Of a stretch of 18,861 bases of DNA, positions 15,845 through 18,861 are shown in pieces; position 1 is the stretch's first letter; each line of letters opens with the position of its first letter. Source of the DNA: Nitrospirota bacterium (GTDB taxonomy: Bacteria > UBA9089 > CG2-30-40-21 > SBAY01); NCBI GenBank assembly GCA_043816605.1, contig JBDRHR010000165.1:1-18861 (forward strand), written 5' to 3'. The notes below the pieces were generated by a model that was given only the letters and a program-made list of their open reading frames with translations, was not told the DNA's origin and did no database searches. Made by a program: the position numbers and the translations under genes.

Positions 15845-17182
15845 TTACCTAACATTCCTTCGATAATTGTTCAACTGTTCTGAAAAGTATTTTTCACCTT
15901 CCTTTGAGTAATATTCACTTTCTTCAAAAATATTTTTTATCGGATATTGCACCAGCAAACGCGGTCTATACCTTTTAATCAATTCCCAACGACTTTTTTC
16001 TTCATCCAGATTTAATTTCCATCTATCATCCCGATGTAACATCAAGCCAAATTTCAGATCTGCATTCACAAGTCTTTTATACTCTTCAATAAAATATTCA
16101 AGATTTGCCTTTATGGGAGGATAGGTTTCACAGACGACATAATCAATTTCAGGATGTTGACTCAATAATTCAATATCCATGCCCCGTTGTCTTCCCCATG
16201 CACCCCACCTATGTATTTCAGGAACTGTAAAGTCTTTATCTATTATTTTTTCATAGGGCAAAGTCCAATGATGTAGTCCAATATAAACAGTCCCATACCA
16301 TTGCGGATTATCTTTATTGACTTCATTTACTACCCCGGCAATTCTCCCAATCCAATTATTTATAAAAAGCTCGCATATAAAATCAAACCAATGTTTCCAG
16401 ACACCTTCGGGCTTAGACAAATCTACAAACCTCTGCCCGGGCGTAATTTCAACAGGCACATTATAACCAGGACAATATTCCGTTAACTCAGAGACCATAC
16501 TTGGGTCATGCACAGGGAATTTATCAACTAATTTACCATTATGTCTAACATTATGTTTCATGGCATATTCTTGCCATTTTTTTAAAATAGCCGGGCTATA
16601 TGTGGGATTACTCCAATAATCATATCTTTTTTCATTTCTCCACTCATCAAGATAAGTCAATACATCTTCATCAAAGAAATAGCCATTCAATATCCCTTTA
16701 AACCTTTGTAAATACCTCGTTTTATATTCCTGGAGAAACCAGGTTACGGCATCTTCATTCAAAACATCAAAAAGAGGTCTATCGTTAAGTGTGGCAGGAA
16801 TAATACTACCGTCTTTTTGCATAACACATGCCTGGTATTCGGGTTTTATCTTACCAAATGCTTGTATCCTCTCAATAATCTTGAAAGAAGATGCCCATAA
16901 ATGTATTCCATAGTTTTGGGCTACTTTGGCTATATAATAATATGCATTCAGGTCATTTTCATTATAATATAACGATGAAAGCGCAACGCCGCAATCTTTA
17001 TATTTAATCCTTGAAAAGATTTTTTCAGCCTCTTCCCCACTGCTTATAGCACCGAACTTGCTTTCCCCATAAGTTTCAACGACAACAAAAAGCAAATAGC
17101 CCTCCGGCAGACTTGTTTTAGCCCGGCATTCTATTGGGAACAATAAATATACCATTATTGAAATCAAGAATAATTTATACAT
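15845..17182 (-). CDS. Secreted or periplasmic protein of unknown function (predicted signal peptide), possibly a carbohydrate-active enzyme
   Basis: N-terminal MYKLFLISIMVYLLFPIECRA has the n/h/c layout of a signal peptide. The protein is 445 aa with no motif I can assign confidently. The assignment to the glycan locus is by context only. Confidence 0.55.
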   Translation of the reverse strand: MYKLFLISIMVYLLFPIECRAKTSLPEGYLLFVVVETYGESKFGAISSGEEAEKIFSRIKYKDCGVALSSLYYNENDLNAYYYIAKVAQNYGIHLWASSFKIIERIQAFGKIKPEYQACVMQKDGSIIPATLNDRPLFDVLNEDAVTWFLQEYKTRYLQRFKGILNGYFFDEDVLTYLDEWRNEKRYDYWSNPTYSPAILKKWQEYAMKHNVRHNGKLVDKFPVHDPSMVSELTEYCPGYNVPVEITPGQRFVDLSKPEGVWKHWFDFICELFINNWIGRIAGVVNEVNKDNPQWYGTVYIGLHHWTLPYEKIIDKDFTVPEIHRWGAWGRQRGMDIELLSQHPEIDYVVCETYPPIKANLEYFIEEYKRLVNADLKFGLMLHRDDRWKLNLDEEKSRWELIKRYRPRLLVQYPIKNIFEESEYYSKEGEKYFSEQLNNYRRNVR

Positions 17183-17191
17183 GTTTTTCTT

Positions 17192-17369
17192 GTAAGCATT
17201 CAGTAATCAGGTATCAGCAGTCAGCCAAAGACCAGTAAAATCAAGGATGGAGAATGAAAAATGGAGGATGGAGGAGAAAAGGATAAGATGTCATACATCC
17301 TTCATTCTCCATTCTTCATCCTTCATCCTATAAAAACTGATACCTGACACCTGATTACTGAAACCTTAC
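17192..17369. repeat. Palindrome of about 178 bp. Its TIRs are of the GTNTCAG-heptamer family, and its internal 33-bp imperfect arms are ggatggagaatgaa... / ...ttcattctccattc.
   Basis: gtaagcattcagtaatcaggtatcagcagtcagcc (17192-17226) versus the reverse complement of ctgatacctgacacctgattactgaaaccttac (17337-17369), which is gtaaggtttcagtaatcaggtgtcaggtatcag. The right TIR overlaps the stop codon of the Wzy-like gene (17355-17357). Confidence 0.5.
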
Positions 17370-18683
17370 TTTTCCTTTCAATTGGAATTGGGCTTGATTG
17401 TATAGTGAAAAATAAATACCGACAAGACCAAAGTATGTCCAAACCACAAAGGCACAATTTAGCCCTGTCCCGAAACACATAATAACCAGAGCAACAACAT
17501 AATTTGCCAATATTCTGCCTATTGTATACATCTGGACATCCCTCATTGTTTTAAACCGGTTAGACATATACTTCAACCTCTTAAAAAGAGAAAGCCAGAG
17601 CAGTGAAAAGGCAATAACTCCCAATATTCCCAACTCTCCCCAGATAACCGGCCAAAAGGTATCAATACTGCCCATGTGATATACCAGGGTTCTATAATAT
17701 TCCGACCAATCATCATATCTTGGAGATTCAAATATTGTCGATGCCAGACCGCCAAACATCCCAACTCCTGCTCCAAATATCGGATTTTCTCGTAGCAGTC
17801 TAAAAGACTCACAATATGTAAAGGTTCTATAATATACTTCAGGGTCATAGTCATCTGAACCAAATAAACTCATGGCTCCAATGCCGAGAATAATTAATAA
17901 GCCCGGCACGAGCAGTCTTTTTTTTATTAAAACCGACATCACCAATAATCCTATCCATGCCTGTCTTGAAAAGGTTAAAAATATTAGACATAAAGTCGCC
18001 AACAAACTTAAATTTTTAAAAATCCCACTTTTTGTAGTTGTATAGATAAGAAATAACCCTAATAGTGCATACATACCGAGATAATTAGTACTGCCATATC
18101 CGGTAAGGGACTGAACTCTGTAAAATCCTAATCTGTTATTTTCCTCAGAACCAACTAAATAGCCCACACCAATCCCGCCATAAAGGGCAAGGATTTCTGC
18201 AATTATGCCAACAATCGCAAGGAATATGACTATTTTTTTGACCCAGCCTATCATTGCCAAAAATTCATCTCTTGACCAATATAGAGCAGTAAAGACATAA
18301 ATAACTATAATATTTTTTACAATATCATAAATCCCGAAAAAACCCTGTAGAATCGGCACATGGTTGACTATGATTGAAATACCGCTCACAGCAACAAGAG
18401 AAAGTAAATATTTAGTAAATGGAATATCTTTTAGATTCAAAGAATAATGTGCTGATTTGAGTAAAATAAACCATAAAACCAAGACAATAGAAACAATAAA
18501 AGCAAATTCATCTAAATATGTGAACAATTTTAATATTATAACTTCCTTAGATTCTTCCGGGTTTTCAAAAAAGATAGTTGGAAACTTTTGAAATGGAAGA
18601 ACTAATATGACTAAAAACAATAGTTTATGAAACCCACATGAGCCATTAGTCTCACAAAGAGGTATGAAAATTAAGTTGATCAT
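17355..18683 (-). CDS. O-antigen ligase / Wzy-like polytopic membrane protein (Wzy_C family)
   Basis: The protein has ten or more predicted TM helices. FSRQAWIGLLV matches the SRxAW hallmark of O-antigen ligase-like domains. GAGVGMFGG is a GxGxG-type motif near the large loop. No RBS is seen upstream of the ATG at 18683. Confidence 0.55.
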   Translation of the reverse strand: MINLIFIPLCETNGSCGFHKLLFLVILVLPFQKFPTIFFENPEESKEVIILKLFTYLDEFAFIVSIVLVLWFILLKSAHYSLNLKDIPFTKYLLSLVAVSGISIIVNHVPILQGFFGIYDIVKNIIVIYVFTALYWSRDEFLAMIGWVKKIVIFLAIVGIIAEILALYGGIGVGYLVGSEENNRLGFYRVQSLTGYGSTNYLGMYALLGLFLIYTTTKSGIFKNLSLLATLCLIFLTFSRQAWIGLLVMSVLIKKRLLVPGLLIILGIGAMSLFGSDDYDPEVYYRTFTYCESFRLLRENPIFGAGVGMFGGLASTIFESPRYDDWSEYYRTLVYHMGSIDTFWPVIWGELGILGVIAFSLLWLSLFKRLKYMSNRFKTMRDVQMYTIGRILANYVVALVIMCFGTGLNCAFVVWTYFGLVGIYFSLYNQAQFQLKGKVRFQ

Positions 18684-18861
18684 ACTGCTTTTTTGTTTGC
18701 AGATTTGGGATACAGCATGCTATAACGGAGCTTCCTCCTATCCGCGTACATAAAACACCCTTTAACTATTTGAAAACACAAAAGATATGAAGAATTGGCA
18801 GATTTTTTTTACTAACTACAATTGCTTGGGCAGGGTTATGTTGAGTGCCTGAAGAATCTTT

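Overview
This is an AT-rich bacterial chromosomal segment, apparently from an uncultivated or poorly characterised lineage. It is gene-dense, uses canonical AGGAGG-type ribosome-binding sites, and has several TTG starts. It divides into three parts.

Part 1 (1-5411, + strand) looks like a small defence island. It holds the 3' portion of a restriction-enzyme-like gene with a PD-(D/E)xK motif. A SMODS/CD-NTase-type nucleotidyltransferase follows, translationally coupled to a 165-aa SLATT-like two-helix membrane protein; together these resemble a minimal CBASS. A GC-rich hairpin and then a 623-aa HerA/FtsK-family P-loop ATPase with an unassigned N-terminal region of about 270 aa come next. A PIN-domain gene overlaps a small HTH gene in reverse toxin-antitoxin order.

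Part 2 (5579-9794) begins with a MITE-like element bounded by perfect 20-bp terminal inverted repeats and containing tandem 61-bp units. Housekeeping genes follow: glnS on the + strand, then moeA and an SPFH/band-7 gene on the - strand.

Part 3 (9924-18683) is an all-minus-strand surface-glycan locus. It encodes a WecA/MraY-family initiating transferase, two GT-B (CAZy GT4-like) glycosyltransferases, a radical-SAM/SPASM enzyme, a class I SAM methyltransferase, a signal-peptide protein and an O-antigen-ligase/Wzy-like polytopic membrane protein.

At least three families of palindromic, MITE/REP-like elements populate the intergenic spaces, and their terminal repeats often overlap stop codons. 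moeA and glnS each carry an in-frame repeat insertion. The strongest candidate for an undescribed system is the tightly linked module at 1-4320: restriction-like nuclease, SMODS, SLATT and HerA-like ATPase. No rRNA, tRNA or CRISPR array was found.
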